Source of the DNA: an uncultured Thermococci archaeon
GTDB taxonomy: Archaea > Methanobacteriota_B > Thermococci > Methanofastidiosales > B48-G16
Assembly: GCA_964595645.1 (NCBI GenBank)
Contig: CAZQQT010000007.1
Span: forward strand, 64,001 to 128,000
Direction of reading: 5' to 3'
Length of the DNA: 64,000 nucleotides
Made by a program: the position numbers and the translations under genes. Shown here piece after piece: positions 49,961 through 59,912 of this stretch; positions within the stretch are counted from its first letter, which is position 1, and the number at the start of each line of letters is the position of its first letter. Below the pieces are notes generated by a model. That model did no database searches, was not told the origin of the DNA, and worked only from the letters and a program-made list of their open reading frames with translations.

Positions 49961-51739
49961 TCACTCCAGTCCCAGCTCTTTCAGTTTTTTCTTGGTGGGA
50001 TGGCCGTTCTCATCCCAGCCGCGCAGCTCGTAGTACTGAGAAAGCATCTTCTCAAATCGTTCTTTTCCTATTCTCGCCTCGTCGAGCTCCAGGCTTTCCT
50101 CCATAATACGCTGTGGAACCGTCTCATCCTTTCGCGTCACGCCGTTCTTGATATTGAAGAGTTTTGTGAGATTCCAGATCCGTTCTCCGGTTTGTAAATA
50201 TTCTTCCTTCGTATAATCAAAGCCTGTGGCTGTGTTCAGCATCTCTACAAATGTCTCAACGTCCAGTGGTGCAAAATCACAGAGCACAAGCGAGTAGCAA
50301 CACGCCCGTTCATCCTGTCCCTCTTTCACGAACTCCGCTCGCCCATCGATACCGTACCGGGGGGTCAAATCTCCTTGTATCTCCGCATTCACAGTCCAGA
50401 CCCGTTGGTGGCACGCACCGCGGTCGCTCGTAGCATAGGCCAGTCCCATACCAAAGGCACCACGAGGATCGTAGCCCGGGAACTCCAGTCCTTTGGACTG
50501 TATGGCATACTCCGTGCCGCCGTACTTCTCTGACATTCGCTTCACGCCCTCGGCGAGATCGTCGCCGATACCTTCACGGTACGCGATCTTCCGTATCAAC
50601 TCCTTCTGGGATTTTGGATCGCTGAACGTAATATCCGCATCGATAAGACCATTTTTCGCTGCCTCTATGGCAAATGCCACCGCATTCCCGGCAGAGATGG
50701 TATCAAGTCCAAGATCGTCACAGAGATACGAGAGATACGCAACATCTTCGATACTTCCATTGCCACAGTTACTGCCCAGAAGTGCGATGGTCTCGTACTC
50801 TGGACCTTCCAGCTCGTACTCTTCACCATCAAACTCGAATTTTGTCCATTTGCCGCAGGCAATGGGACAGTTGAAACATGATTTATTCTCCTTGACAATT
50901 GTATCGTGCATCGTCTCTCCGGAGATATCCTCCGCATGTTCAAAATTTCCCTGCGAGAAATTGCGGGTCGGGAGCAGCTTATTTTCGTTCACTGGATTGA
51001 CCCATATGGGTGTCCCGTACTTCCTCCGCTGGGGAATAAATGAATTTTCATTGATCATGGTGATTGCTTTTTTTACGGCAGCCTTGTATTTCTCCTCATC
51101 CGCGTACTTCAGCTTTTTCGTCCCGTTGATCACGACAGCCTTCAGGTTCTTCGATCCCATCACAGCTCCTGCACCACCTCGTCCGGCGTTGCCGCCTCTG
51201 CCACCGTGGACCTGGAGATCCGTATTGATACACGCAAACTTCACCTGGTTCTCACCGGCCACACCGATGGAGAGTACTCGTCCTTCCTCCTGTAACAGAT
51301 GTTCTGTATCAAAACAGTTCTTCCCCCAGAGATGTCCTGCATCCTTTATTTCCACATCATCATCGTTAATCGCAATGTACACTGGATTTTCTGCCTTTCC
51401 TTTTATCACAACAAAATCATATCCTGCTTTTTTCATTTCTGCACCGAAATACCCACCCACATGTGAATCAAGATACAGCGAGGTGAGCGGTGACTTCGTA
51501 ACCACACACCAGCGTCCTGAGGTAGGCGTGAGTGTACCGGTCAATGGCCCTGTGGCAAGAATGAGTACGTTCTCTGGAGAGAGGGGATCCACGACGGGAT
51601 CGATCTCGTCAAAGAGCATTTTTGCACCGAGACCTTTCCCACCAATAAACTTTCGAGCGTCCTCTTCATTCAGCTGTTCCCTAGAGACCGTCTCATTCGA
51701 GAGGTCTATCGTGAGAATTGTTCCTGTGTAGCCATACAT
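49961..51739 (-). CDS. aor: Tungsten aldehyde:ferredoxin oxidoreductase
   Basis: GAVMGSKNLKA, CFNCPIAC, GPEYET, DDLGLDTIS, GYDPRG, RGACH, YYELRGWD. Confidence 0.94.
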   Translation of the reverse strand: MYGYTGTILTIDLSNETVSREQLNEEDARKFIGGKGLGAKMLFDEIDPVVDPLSPENVLILATGPLTGTLTPTSGRWCVVTKSPLTSLYLDSHVGGYFGAEMKKAGYDFVVIKGKAENPVYIAINDDDVEIKDAGHLWGKNCFDTEHLLQEEGRVLSIGVAGENQVKFACINTDLQVHGGRGGNAGRGGAGAVMGSKNLKAVVINGTKKLKYADEEKYKAAVKKAITMINENSFIPQRRKYGTPIWVNPVNENKLLPTRNFSQGNFEHAEDISGETMHDTIVKENKSCFNCPIACGKWTKFEFDGEEYELEGPEYETIALLGSNCGNGSIEDVAYLSYLCDDLGLDTISAGNAVAFAIEAAKNGLIDADITFSDPKSQKELIRKIAYREGIGDDLAEGVKRMSEKYGGTEYAIQSKGLEFPGYDPRGAFGMGLAYATSDRGACHQRVWTVNAEIQGDLTPRYGIDGRAEFVKEGQDERACCYSLVLCDFAPLDVETFVEMLNTATGFDYTKEEYLQTGERIWNLTKLFNIKNGVTRKDETVPQRIMEESLELDEARIGKERFEKMLSQYYELRGWDENGHPTKKKLKELGLE

Positions 51740-51743
51740 TCAA

Positions 51744-52688
51744 TCACTTGGGTATTGCTAGATCTGCTGGACCCTGCTCCGACAGTGTAAGCTCGGGGTT
51801 AATTTTGTTGATGAAATCCCGTATAAGCTGTGCATACTTCACTTTGTCCCGTGCCATATTCGCGAGGAAATCCTCTGAGGTCCACGGCTTGTAGATACCT
51901 CCGCCGGCAGCAAGGGTTGTTCCAGGCTCAATTTTGAAGTAACAGGGAGAAGAAACACGTGCGAGTTCTGCACCTTCCCACATTCTATTAAATCCTCCAA
52001 AAGACTCCGAAAGCATTATATGAACGTCTAATGGCATTTTTGTTGCTTTTCGTATCGATGCAAACATCTGAAGTGGGAGATCGCCCAATGGATTGAATGT
52101 GTTCGCTCCTAACTGCTCAAGCACCTTCGCACCGGCTGCACTGGCATGTCCAGCGTATATCGATACCTTGAAGACAGTATCTTTCGGGATAATACCATCT
52201 TCCCGTAGTTTGGAGAGCAGCCAGAGAGCTCCTTCATCAGTGGCAAGGAATCCTCTGAATCCAAGCTCGGTACATCGCACAATATCTGCGATGAGGTATG
52301 AGAGGTTATCGCTCCCCCGGGTCCGCATACCAGAGAGAGAACCTTCTGGTGTTGCCAGCTGTCGTCCAATATCCCAGCCCCGGCGTGGTCCGGGTGTAAT
52401 AATCACTTCCATTTCCTTCTCTTTTGCCAGTGCCGCAAACTCTTCCAGTTCCTCATCGTCTAGATATGTGGAACCCATCACCGTACTGATCAGTCTGTGC
52501 ACTGGCACATTACGTTCTTCCATCTCGTCTACCAATGCTTCAAGAGTAGAGAGCCGTTCGACTCCAGAGATCTCTATTCGGTAGTTCGCACCATCTGGAA
52601 AGGTCAAAGAAGAGGTTGGCAGTTCGTACAGGTCTCTTCCCGGTACTCCATGTTTCTCCATGGCACTCCTAATTTTCTCTATGTCCAT
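51744..52688 (-). CDS. Uncharacterised TIM-barrel protein (family often annotated U32 peptidase-like)
   Basis: LPTSSLTFPDGANYRIEI, GPRRGWDIG, ELGFRGFLATDEG, FKVS, LGANTFNP, PLDVH, FGGFNR, PCYFK; family assignment from recall. Confidence 0.6.
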   Translation of the reverse strand: MDIEKIRSAMEKHGVPGRDLYELPTSSLTFPDGANYRIEISGVERLSTLEALVDEMEERNVPVHRLISTVMGSTYLDDEELEEFAALAKEKEMEVIITPGPRRGWDIGRQLATPEGSLSGMRTRGSDNLSYLIADIVRCTELGFRGFLATDEGALWLLSKLREDGIIPKDTVFKVSIYAGHASAAGAKVLEQLGANTFNPLGDLPLQMFASIRKATKMPLDVHIMLSESFGGFNRMWEGAELARVSSPCYFKIEPGTTLAAGGGIYKPWTSEDFLANMARDKVKYAQLIRDFINKINPELTLSEQGPADLAIPK

Positions 52689-52937
52689 GTATATTCCTCC
52701 AAGTTATTTTTCTAAAATTTTTTATTCTTTACTCCTTTCAATGATATATATGTCTTCTTTGTTTAAATATTTATCCCTTTACTTAACAAACTGAGAAAAA
52801 AGCTTTAAAAATCCATAATATATAGAAAAGGATTGGATAAGTGCAGTGTTGTCTCTGACTAAAGTAGAAAAATAGAGGGGCATGCTCTCGTTTCATCTAT
52901 ACTTAACGCTTAAATAGACGCAAATCAATTTTCAACA

Positions 52938-53855
52938 ATGAAACGGCAAAACTGGGCATACCTTTATGCAGCCGGTGCAGTGCTGGCATGGTCAACGGTG
53001 GCTTCTGCCTTCAAGATCTCACTGCGGTACGTGGATGTGCTCCACCTCCTCCTGTACTCCACGCTGGTATCGAGTACCGTTCTTTTCCTCATTCTCACCG
53101 CACAGAGAAAACTCTCCGTGTTGAAAACCTACACAAGAGAAGAATACGTCCGCTCCGCACTGCTCAGTTTTTTAAGTCCCTTCCTCTACTACATGATCCT
53201 TTTCAAAGCGTATTCACTTCTTCCTGCGCAGGTAGCGCAGCCACTAAACTGTATCTGGCCCATCACCCTTGTGTTACTTTCGATCCCTCTCCTTGGACAG
53301 AAGATAGGATTGAAAAGCATCACTGCCGTTCTCATAAGCTTCTTTGGCGTGGTGATCGTCGGCACCCGGGGAAACTTCACATCTCCCCAAGGATCGGATC
53401 CTCTCGGTGTCTCTCTGGCTGTGGGATCCTCTGTGATATGGTCCCTTTTCTGGATCTGTAACATGCGAGATTCCCGTGATGAAGTGGCAAAACTCTTCTT
53501 AAACTTTTCATTCAGCTTTGTGTTCGTGATACTCACTATTTTCATCGTGTCGGAGCCTACACTGCCACAGTTCGAGGGACTCATAGGGGTGACGTACGTG
53601 GGCATATTCGAGATGGGTGTTACCTTTGTCATGTGGTTAAAGGCACTCACCCTCTCAGAAACAACGGCGCAGGTGAGCAACCTCGTATTCCTCTTTCCAT
53701 TTATCTCGTTGATCTTCATCCGTCAGATAGTTGGGGAATCAATACTCATCTCAACGGTAGTAGGGCTCATCTTCATCGTCACAGGGATCCTCATCCAACA
53801 GTACGCCGGAGTCTCCCAATCGACTCTCCGAGAATCTGTTGAAACGGAGAAATAG
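52938..53855 (+). CDS. DMT / EamA family transporter
   Basis: WSTVASAFK, AQPLN..WP, EMGVTF..WLKAL; about ten TM helices. Confidence 0.88.
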   Translation: MKRQNWAYLYAAGAVLAWSTVASAFKISLRYVDVLHLLLYSTLVSSTVLFLILTAQRKLSVLKTYTREEYVRSALLSFLSPFLYYMILFKAYSLLPAQVAQPLNCIWPITLVLLSIPLLGQKIGLKSITAVLISFFGVVIVGTRGNFTSPQGSDPLGVSLAVGSSVIWSLFWICNMRDSRDEVAKLFLNFSFSFVFVILTIFIVSEPTLPQFEGLIGVTYVGIFEMGVTFVMWLKALTLSETTAQVSNLVFLFPFISLIFIRQIVGESILISTVVGLIFIVTGILIQQYAGVSQSTLRESVETEK

Positions 53856-53897
53856 GAACAGTCCACGTTTTATATAGTGAAGAAAGTAAGGTCTACC

Positions 53898-54269
53898 ATG
53901 GACATAAAAGAGACACTTTCTCAATACCTGAGAGCACTGGAACATGGAAAGTACGATGAGATTACAGCATTGTTCGCAGAGGATGCCACCGTCACCTCTC
54001 CTCTGTATGGAGAGATGGACGCCGCAACATTCTACAAGGCACTGTTTGAAGATACGCAACAATCGACAATTGCACCGCTACACTTCTTCACCAACGAGAA
54101 TGCAGGGGCTGCACACTTCCGTTACGAGTGGATATTGGAGGATGGAACTCCCACTTCGTTCGAATGCGTAGACGTCGTGAAACTTTCTGAAAACGGTAAA
54201 ATAGTGCACTTAACGATTATTTACGATACATATACGATCCGTCAGCAGTTTGAGAAAATGAAAGAGTGA
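53898..54269 (+). CDS. SnoaL-like / NTF2 family protein
   Basis: LFAEDA.V.SPLYG, FECVDV, GKI..L.IIYDT. Confidence 0.8.
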   Translation: MDIKETLSQYLRALEHGKYDEITALFAEDATVTSPLYGEMDAATFYKALFEDTQQSTIAPLHFFTNENAGAAHFRYEWILEDGTPTSFECVDVVKLSENGKIVHLTIIYDTYTIRQQFEKMKE

Positions 54270-54574
54270 TCGTTTCTGCGAAACCCTTATATACACAGAA
54301 AAGAAATATACTACTGTAGGGATTATTAGAAACATGGGGCCTCCCCAACTAAAATATACTTCAATAGGTGGATAAAAGTGGCGAAGAAAAGAAGAACACC
54401 TTTTTGGGAGATAGCCACGTCGGTATGGCAAATAACTGGATTTATTGCCTTCATAATTCTTCAAATATGCATCCCTGTGTTCTACTTCCTTCTCGTCTTC
54501 TATTTTAAGAAATTTTTTATAGGCTAAGAGTATACGAGATGAAGAAAGTTACAAAATAAGAAAAGAAAGAAAAA

Positions 54575-55903
54575 TTACGAGCACGTGATGCCCAAGTTCT
54601 CCGCGATCTCTTCACAAAGTTCGAGCGCTTTCAAGAGTTCATTGTTCGCGTAGATCGTATTCTGTGTCGTGTTCGCGTTATCGAGGTGAGTCTGCATCTC
54701 GTCCAGTAACGCTTCGACGTCATCTGGTATGTCCTCCGGCAAGTTCTCCTCGATACACGCGTGGTATGTATTCACCTGCGCGAGATGGTAGTTTTTCACC
54801 GGCATGAAGGACACAATGGGGTTGATGAATAGCTCCTCTCCAAGCATTGCGCCGTAGATATCATTTGGATAATTCCTGGCATCCATCCAGACAACGATGT
54901 TCTCATAGATTGCTGGATGCCGTTGAAGATTGTTAGGATAGGTGGCTATGGGAAAGACTGTATACGTTGAGAGATCACGACCGTACAGATCATAATTACT
55001 CAACAACCCCGCAGGACCATCCATCCAGACGACGATGTCACCATAGATATCCGGATTGTAATGACACATTCCTCCTGTCGTTATCGGAAACTCTGTATGT
55101 GTTGAGATGGTATAGCCATAGATATCGGAGACCATTGGTCCATTTCTGTGATCCTGCCAGACGACAATATTTCCGTAGATTGCTGGATAGACTTGACCAT
55201 TCGGATCTGTCGTTATCGGAAACTCGCCGACATCATCTCCTGTTCCGATCCTGCCGTCCGGCCCCATGTCGTAGCCGTAGATATCGGGGTTAGCTGACCC
55301 ATTTCTTTCATCCATCCAGACGACGATGGATCCGTAGATTGCTGGATGCCTCTGATGAGATCCACATACTATGCAGAGGGGAATTTCACCGCCATCGTCT
55401 CCTGTTCCGAAGAGACCGTCCGGCCCCATGTCGTAGCCGTAGATATCATCATCTGATGGACCATTTCTATCATCCGCCCACACAATGGTCTTCCCGTAGA
55501 TCACCGGATGGTACTGACCGCTCGTATGTGTTGTTACCTGAAACTCCGTATGAGTTGAGAAATTATAGCCGTAAATATTGCAATCTGTCCAGCTACCGGT
55601 ATCGTCTCTGTAATCTTCCCAGACAACGATGTTCTCATGAATTGATGGATTCTGTTGCACACTCGCAGCCGTGCATATGGGGAACTCTGTATTCGTTGAG
55701 AGGTTGTATCCGTAGATGTCCTCATTCGATGGACCATTTCTGTCGTCATACCAGACGACAATATCACCATAGATATCCGGGTCTCTTTGATCGTTTGGAT
55801 CTGTACATATAGGAAACTCTTGTACCGTATAGCTCGCCGAAACGATACCAACTAGTGAAATCAACAATAATACTACCAATATTCCTCCTTTTATTTTTCT
55901 CAT
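54575..55903 (-). CDS. Secreted/surface protein with seven beta-propeller repeats (Methanosarcina surface-protein type)
   Basis: Signal peptide; seven repeats of Q..P.IYG.IVVW.D.RN...DIYGY; helical C-terminal domain. Confidence 0.88.
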   Translation of the reverse strand: MRKIKGGILVVLLLISLVGIVSASYTVQEFPICTDPNDQRDPDIYGDIVVWYDDRNGPSNEDIYGYNLSTNTEFPICTAASVQQNPSIHENIVVWEDYRDDTGSWTDCNIYGYNFSTHTEFQVTTHTSGQYHPVIYGKTIVWADDRNGPSDDDIYGYDMGPDGLFGTGDDGGEIPLCIVCGSHQRHPAIYGSIVVWMDERNGSANPDIYGYDMGPDGRIGTGDDVGEFPITTDPNGQVYPAIYGNIVVWQDHRNGPMVSDIYGYTISTHTEFPITTGGMCHYNPDIYGDIVVWMDGPAGLLSNYDLYGRDLSTYTVFPIATYPNNLQRHPAIYENIVVWMDARNYPNDIYGAMLGEELFINPIVSFMPVKNYHLAQVNTYHACIEENLPEDIPDDVEALLDEMQTHLDNANTTQNTIYANNELLKALELCEEIAENLGITCS

Positions 55904-56066
55904 TTGATCACTCTCGAGTATGAAAATTTAGTATCTTCTATAATTTAATATATAAAAAGATTTCGGTTAATATTGGGTATCTCGCTCTCTGTGGGAAAAA
56001 ACGATGAGAAAAATATCCTCCCAAAATCCTTTCCTCCAAAATGTGTCAGTAAAAGACAGCAAGAAC

Positions 56067-57332
56067 TCATTTCTCCATTCGTCGTTTGAGCGATCGTGCA
56101 TGCCCATATAACCCTTCCGTCTCTGCAAGCATCCTCGCTATACTACCTATCTTTTCAATTCCCGTTTTCGTCACGCGGAGAGTTGTCTGAAGCTTAACGA
56201 AATCTATGGCACTCAAGCCGCCGGTATACCGCGCACCGGTATTAGTAGGGAGTGTATGGTTGAGTCCGCTGCTGTAATCACCGAGAGCTTCGGCAGCGAA
56301 GGATCCGACAAAGAGCGATCCGTAGTTTCGTAGGCATGGGATGTACTGGTCGGGATCGCGTAGCTGAAGTTCCAGATGTTCAGGTGCCCTTTTGTTCGCA
56401 ATTTTAACTGCTTCGTCTATTCCCTCGGTAAGAATCATCGCCCCGTGCGCTATCGCCTTCTCAGCAGTGGATCGTGTGGGGAGCCCCTCGAGCTGGTGTT
56501 GAAGCTCCGTTGCAACCCGCTCCGCCAAGGTTACCGATGGTGTAACTAAGAGTGGTAATGCATTGTCATCGTGTTCCGCTTGCGCAAGCAAATCGGCTGC
56601 AACGATCGCCGGATCCGCTGTCTCATCGGCAATGATCATGAGCTCGGTGGGGCCTGCGAGGAAATCGATGCCTACAGCACCAAGCACCTGTTTTTTTGCC
56701 GCTGTGACGTACGTATTTCCAGGTCCCACGATTTTATCCACCTTTTTGATAGATTCTGTTCCGTAGGCCATAGCCCCTATCGCCTGGACACCTCCCACTT
56801 TATACAGTTCGTCCACGCCGACACGGGCTGCTGCGGTGAGAAGTGCTGGATGGATGGTACCCTCATAGGTTGGGGGTGAGCAGACAGCGATCTCCTTCAC
56901 TCCTGCAACAACAGCTGGAATGCAGCACATAAGCAGTGTAGAGAGAAGCGGTGCCTGCCCGCCGGGAACGTAGACACCCACACGATCTATCGGGATAATT
57001 TGCTGGCCGGCGAAGACCCCAGGGGCGATCTCCATTTCAAATGCGGTGAGCTGGGAGAACTGACGTTCGGCGAACTGTGTGATGTTCCTCGCAGCTGCAT
57101 CGATTGCGTCCGCCACAGACGTATCTGTCACGTGAACTGCCTCTCTGAACTCGTGACCCTCTACTCGAAGTTTTTCCAAGACCACATGGTCAAACTCGAG
57201 GGTATAGCGCTTCACTGCCCTATCTCCTTTCTCTCGTACCTCTTGGAGTATTGTTCTCACTGTATCCAATTCCTCAGGCTCCTTGTACGTAAAGAACTCA
57301 TCCGTGAGTTCATCTGCAGTAACAATCCTCAT
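56067..57332 (-). CDS. hisD: Histidinol dehydrogenase
   Basis: VGVYVPGG, GGVQAI, GPGNTYV.AAK, AGPTE, QAEH, APEHLEL, GDY, NHTLPT. Confidence 0.96.
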   Translation of the reverse strand: MRIVTADELTDEFFTYKEPEELDTVRTILQEVREKGDRAVKRYTLEFDHVVLEKLRVEGHEFREAVHVTDTSVADAIDAAARNITQFAERQFSQLTAFEMEIAPGVFAGQQIIPIDRVGVYVPGGQAPLLSTLLMCCIPAVVAGVKEIAVCSPPTYEGTIHPALLTAAARVGVDELYKVGGVQAIGAMAYGTESIKKVDKIVGPGNTYVTAAKKQVLGAVGIDFLAGPTELMIIADETADPAIVAADLLAQAEHDDNALPLLVTPSVTLAERVATELQHQLEGLPTRSTAEKAIAHGAMILTEGIDEAVKIANKRAPEHLELQLRDPDQYIPCLRNYGSLFVGSFAAEALGDYSSGLNHTLPTNTGARYTGGLSAIDFVKLQTTLRVTKTGIEKIGSIARMLAETEGLYGHARSLKRRMEK

Positions 57333-58582
57333 TCTTTTCTCCTCCGTGCAAGCTCATAAAATACCTCATCAAGGGGTATCCCTCGTTTTGCCAGCAAAAC
57401 AGTAGAAAAGTATAGGAGATCGGCAATTTCCCATATCACCCCTTCGTCTGTTTCTGCCTCTACTACCTCCTGCGCTTCCTCCAGAATCTTCTCTCTGAGG
57501 AGAGGATCAGTTAGTGTGGCAGTATACGATCCCTGCTGTGGGCTGTTCAGCCTGTCCTGGACTATCTCGTAGAGCTCATACAACTCGTAGTCTCTCTCGC
57601 CGAAACAGGAGTACGATCCCGTATGGCAGGCGACACCTTCCTGCGCTACAGTAGCAAGAATCGTGTCGCCATCGCAGTCTGCCCTCATCCGTATAAGCTC
57701 CTGCGTATTCCCCGAGGTTTCTCCTTTCTGCCACAGACTATCCCGGGATCGAGAGAAGTACCACATCTTTTCCGTCTCAAACGCTTTTCGAAGCGACTCT
57801 TTACTGCTGTACGCGAGCATGAGCACCTGTCCTGTGGTATCCTGTGTGATTGTTGGAATGAGGTCACTATCCCATCTCAGCGAAGCAATGAAGGCTTCTG
57901 TAAGATCTATTTTTCCTGTATAGAGTGCCATGCCGAGTTGAATATCCACTCCCATCCGTGAGAGCTCCCGTATCTCCTTCATCGTGCTCACTCCTCCAGC
58001 AACGGTGATCGGGTTCTCTGTGGTGTGTACCAGCGCTTCCACTACGTCCATGTCAGTTCCCTTCATTGTGCCTTCACGTTCCACGCAGGTAAAGAGGAAC
58101 TCGGCAGCGTATGTCTCCAGATGCGAGACTGTCTCAAGGAGATCGAGTCCTGTAGTGTGTCGCCATGCGTCGGTCACGATCTCTCTGTGGAGAGCATCAA
58201 TGGCAATGATCACTCTGTCTCTTCCCACCGCCGAGACCAACGCTTCAAGAAAACCGTCGTTGATCCTGCCGCTATCAAAGGCTTTCGATCCGACGATGAT
58301 CTTTTTCGCGCCGAGAGAAATGAGCTCCCGTGCATGTTCCGGTGTCCGTACTCCACCACCCACACGACAGTCCCCAATTCTCAGGATCTTTTTTACTGTC
58401 TCAGCATTATCGCCTTTGTTCATGGCGGCATCGAGATCGATGACTGCGATCTCACCGTATCTATCAAACTCTCTGGCAAGAGAAAACACATCCTCACGTT
58501 CAAGCATCTTTTTCCTTCCCTGTTGTAACTGCACCGCCTTTCCCTCTTTGAGGTCGATGGAAGGGATGATCATCGTACGCAC
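57329..58582 (-). CDS. hisA-hisIE: HisA-HisI-HisE trifunctional fusion
   Basis: HisA (IIPSIDL..GKAVQL.QG, IDLDAA, VGGG.R, EREGTMKG, AGGV), HisI (VLMLAY, SRSR..LWQKGETSGN, DCDGD, ACHTG..SCF), HisE (SYTA.L, EEAQE, EIADLLYF). Confidence 0.92.
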   Translation of the reverse strand: MRTMIIPSIDLKEGKAVQLQQGRKKMLEREDVFSLAREFDRYGEIAVIDLDAAMNKGDNAETVKKILRIGDCRVGGGVRTPEHARELISLGAKKIIVGSKAFDSGRINDGFLEALVSAVGRDRVIIAIDALHREIVTDAWRHTTGLDLLETVSHLETYAAEFLFTCVEREGTMKGTDMDVVEALVHTTENPITVAGGVSTMKEIRELSRMGVDIQLGMALYTGKIDLTEAFIASLRWDSDLIPTITQDTTGQVLMLAYSSKESLRKAFETEKMWYFSRSRDSLWQKGETSGNTQELIRMRADCDGDTILATVAQEGVACHTGSYSCFGERDYELYELYEIVQDRLNSPQQGSYTATLTDPLLREKILEEAQEVVEAETDEGVIWEIADLLYFSTVLLAKRGIPLDEVFYELARRRKE

Positions 58583-59322
58583 ACTCCTCTTTTCTTTAGA
58601 TACGTCTTGATCTCCTGTACTGTGTACTCACCGTCGTGAAGAAGGGATGCCAGGAGAACGGCATCTGTCTTTCCGTTTTCCACTACCTCGTATATTTGTT
58701 CGAGGGTTCCAGCCCCACCTGATGCAATAACTGGGATGTTCACGCTCTCAGAGACTGTCCTCGTGAGCTCAAGATCGTAGCCTTGCTGCGTTCCGTCTCT
58801 ATCCATAGAGTTGAGCAGGATCTCGCCTGCACCAAGCGCTTCGCCTTTTTTTGCCCAGGAAATAACATCAACCCCCGAATTATTCCGTCCACCATGGGTA
58901 TAGGCGTACCATCGGGTCCCTCGTTTTTTCGCGTCGACAGAGAGTACGATACATTGGGATCCAAAAGTCTGTGCCCCGCGAGAGAGAAGATCGGGGTTGT
59001 GGAGGGCGGAAGTGCATAGTGCAACTTTATCAGCGCCTGCATTCAGAACAGCACGCATATCCTCAACAGTTCGCAATCCTCCACCAACTGTGAGCGGAAT
59101 GAAGACCTCTCTCGACACGCCCCTCACTACATCGATAAGGATCTCTCTACTTTTATAGGAGGCTCCAATATCGAGAAAGATGAGTTCATCGGCTCCTTGA
59201 TCATTGTACCGTCTCGCAAATTCCATTGGATCGCCTACATCGCGGAGTTCCTTAAATCTTACACCCTTTCTCACTCTTCCCTCGTCTACATCGAGACAGG
59301 GAATAATCCGTGTTGTTAACAT
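58570..59322 (-). CDS. hisF: Imidazole glycerol phosphate synthase, cyclase subunit
   Basis: RIIPCLDV, GADELIFLDI, PLTVGGG, GAGEILLNSMDRDGT, IASGGAG. Confidence 0.97.
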   Translation of the reverse strand: MLTTRIIPCLDVDEGRVRKGVRFKELRDVGDPMEFARRYNDQGADELIFLDIGASYKSREILIDVVRGVSREVFIPLTVGGGLRTVEDMRAVLNAGADKVALCTSALHNPDLLSRGAQTFGSQCIVLSVDAKKRGTRWYAYTHGGRNNSGVDVISWAKKGEALGAGEILLNSMDRDGTQQGYDLELTRTVSESVNIPVIASGGAGTLEQIYEVVENGKTDAVLLASLLHDGEYTVQEIKTYLKKRGVCVR

Positions 59323-59912
59323 TGTCTCACCCAGTTTTTCAGGAGGTTAAGCCCAATTTTTCCGCTCTTTTCCGGGTGAAACTGCACAGCGTAGATCTTA
59401 CCCTTTCCAATCACAGAAGGGTAGGAGACACCATACTCGGTGGTGCCGATCACAATGGACTCCTCTGTACGAACGTAGTACCCGTGCAAAAAGTAAAAAA
59501 AGGAACTATCATCGATTCCTTCCATTAACGGCGAGTTCCGTTTTATAGAAACGTTGTTCCACCCTATCTGTGGTACTTTATACCTTTCAAACTCAACGAC
59601 ATTGCCGCGGAAAATGCCAAACCCCCTCGTATCCTCCGCCTCTTCACTTGTTTCAAAAAGGAGCTGCATGCCGAGGCAGATCCCTAAAAACGGCCTATCC
59701 GCGCGTATCCAGTCATCAATATGCTCATACATGCCTGAAAACACTAGCCGGAGAATCGCAGAACGGAATGCACCGACACCTGGAAGAATCAGGCCATCTA
59801 TCCCTCTAAAATCTTTTTTCGATTCGACAACTTTGTATTGTGTTCCCAAGTATTCTAGCGCTTTTTTTACTGAAAGGAGATTTCCAGCTCCATAATCTAC
59901 TATTCCAATCAT
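59316..59912 (-). CDS. hisH: Imidazole glycerol phosphate synthase, glutaminase subunit
   Basis: DYGAGNL, LPGVG, GICLGMQ, VPQIGWN, QFHPEKS. Confidence 0.97.
   Translation of the reverse strand: MIGIVDYGAGNLLSVKKALEYLGTQYKVVESKKDFRGIDGLILPGVGAFRSAILRLVFSGMYEHIDDWIRADRPFLGICLGMQLLFETSEEAEDTRGFGIFRGNVVEFERYKVPQIGWNNVSIKRNSPLMEGIDDSSFFYFLHGYYVRTEESIVIGTTEYGVSYPSVIGKGKIYAVQFHPEKSGKIGLNLLKNWVRQC

Noticed and set aside
50493-51731. 412-aa plus-strand ORF
   Set aside because: Antisense shadow of the aor gene with Ser/Pro-rich composition and no motifs.
54840-55830. Periodic repeats that could suggest a CRISPR array
   Set aside because: They are degenerate in-frame coding repeats of a beta-propeller, not identical repeats with spacers.
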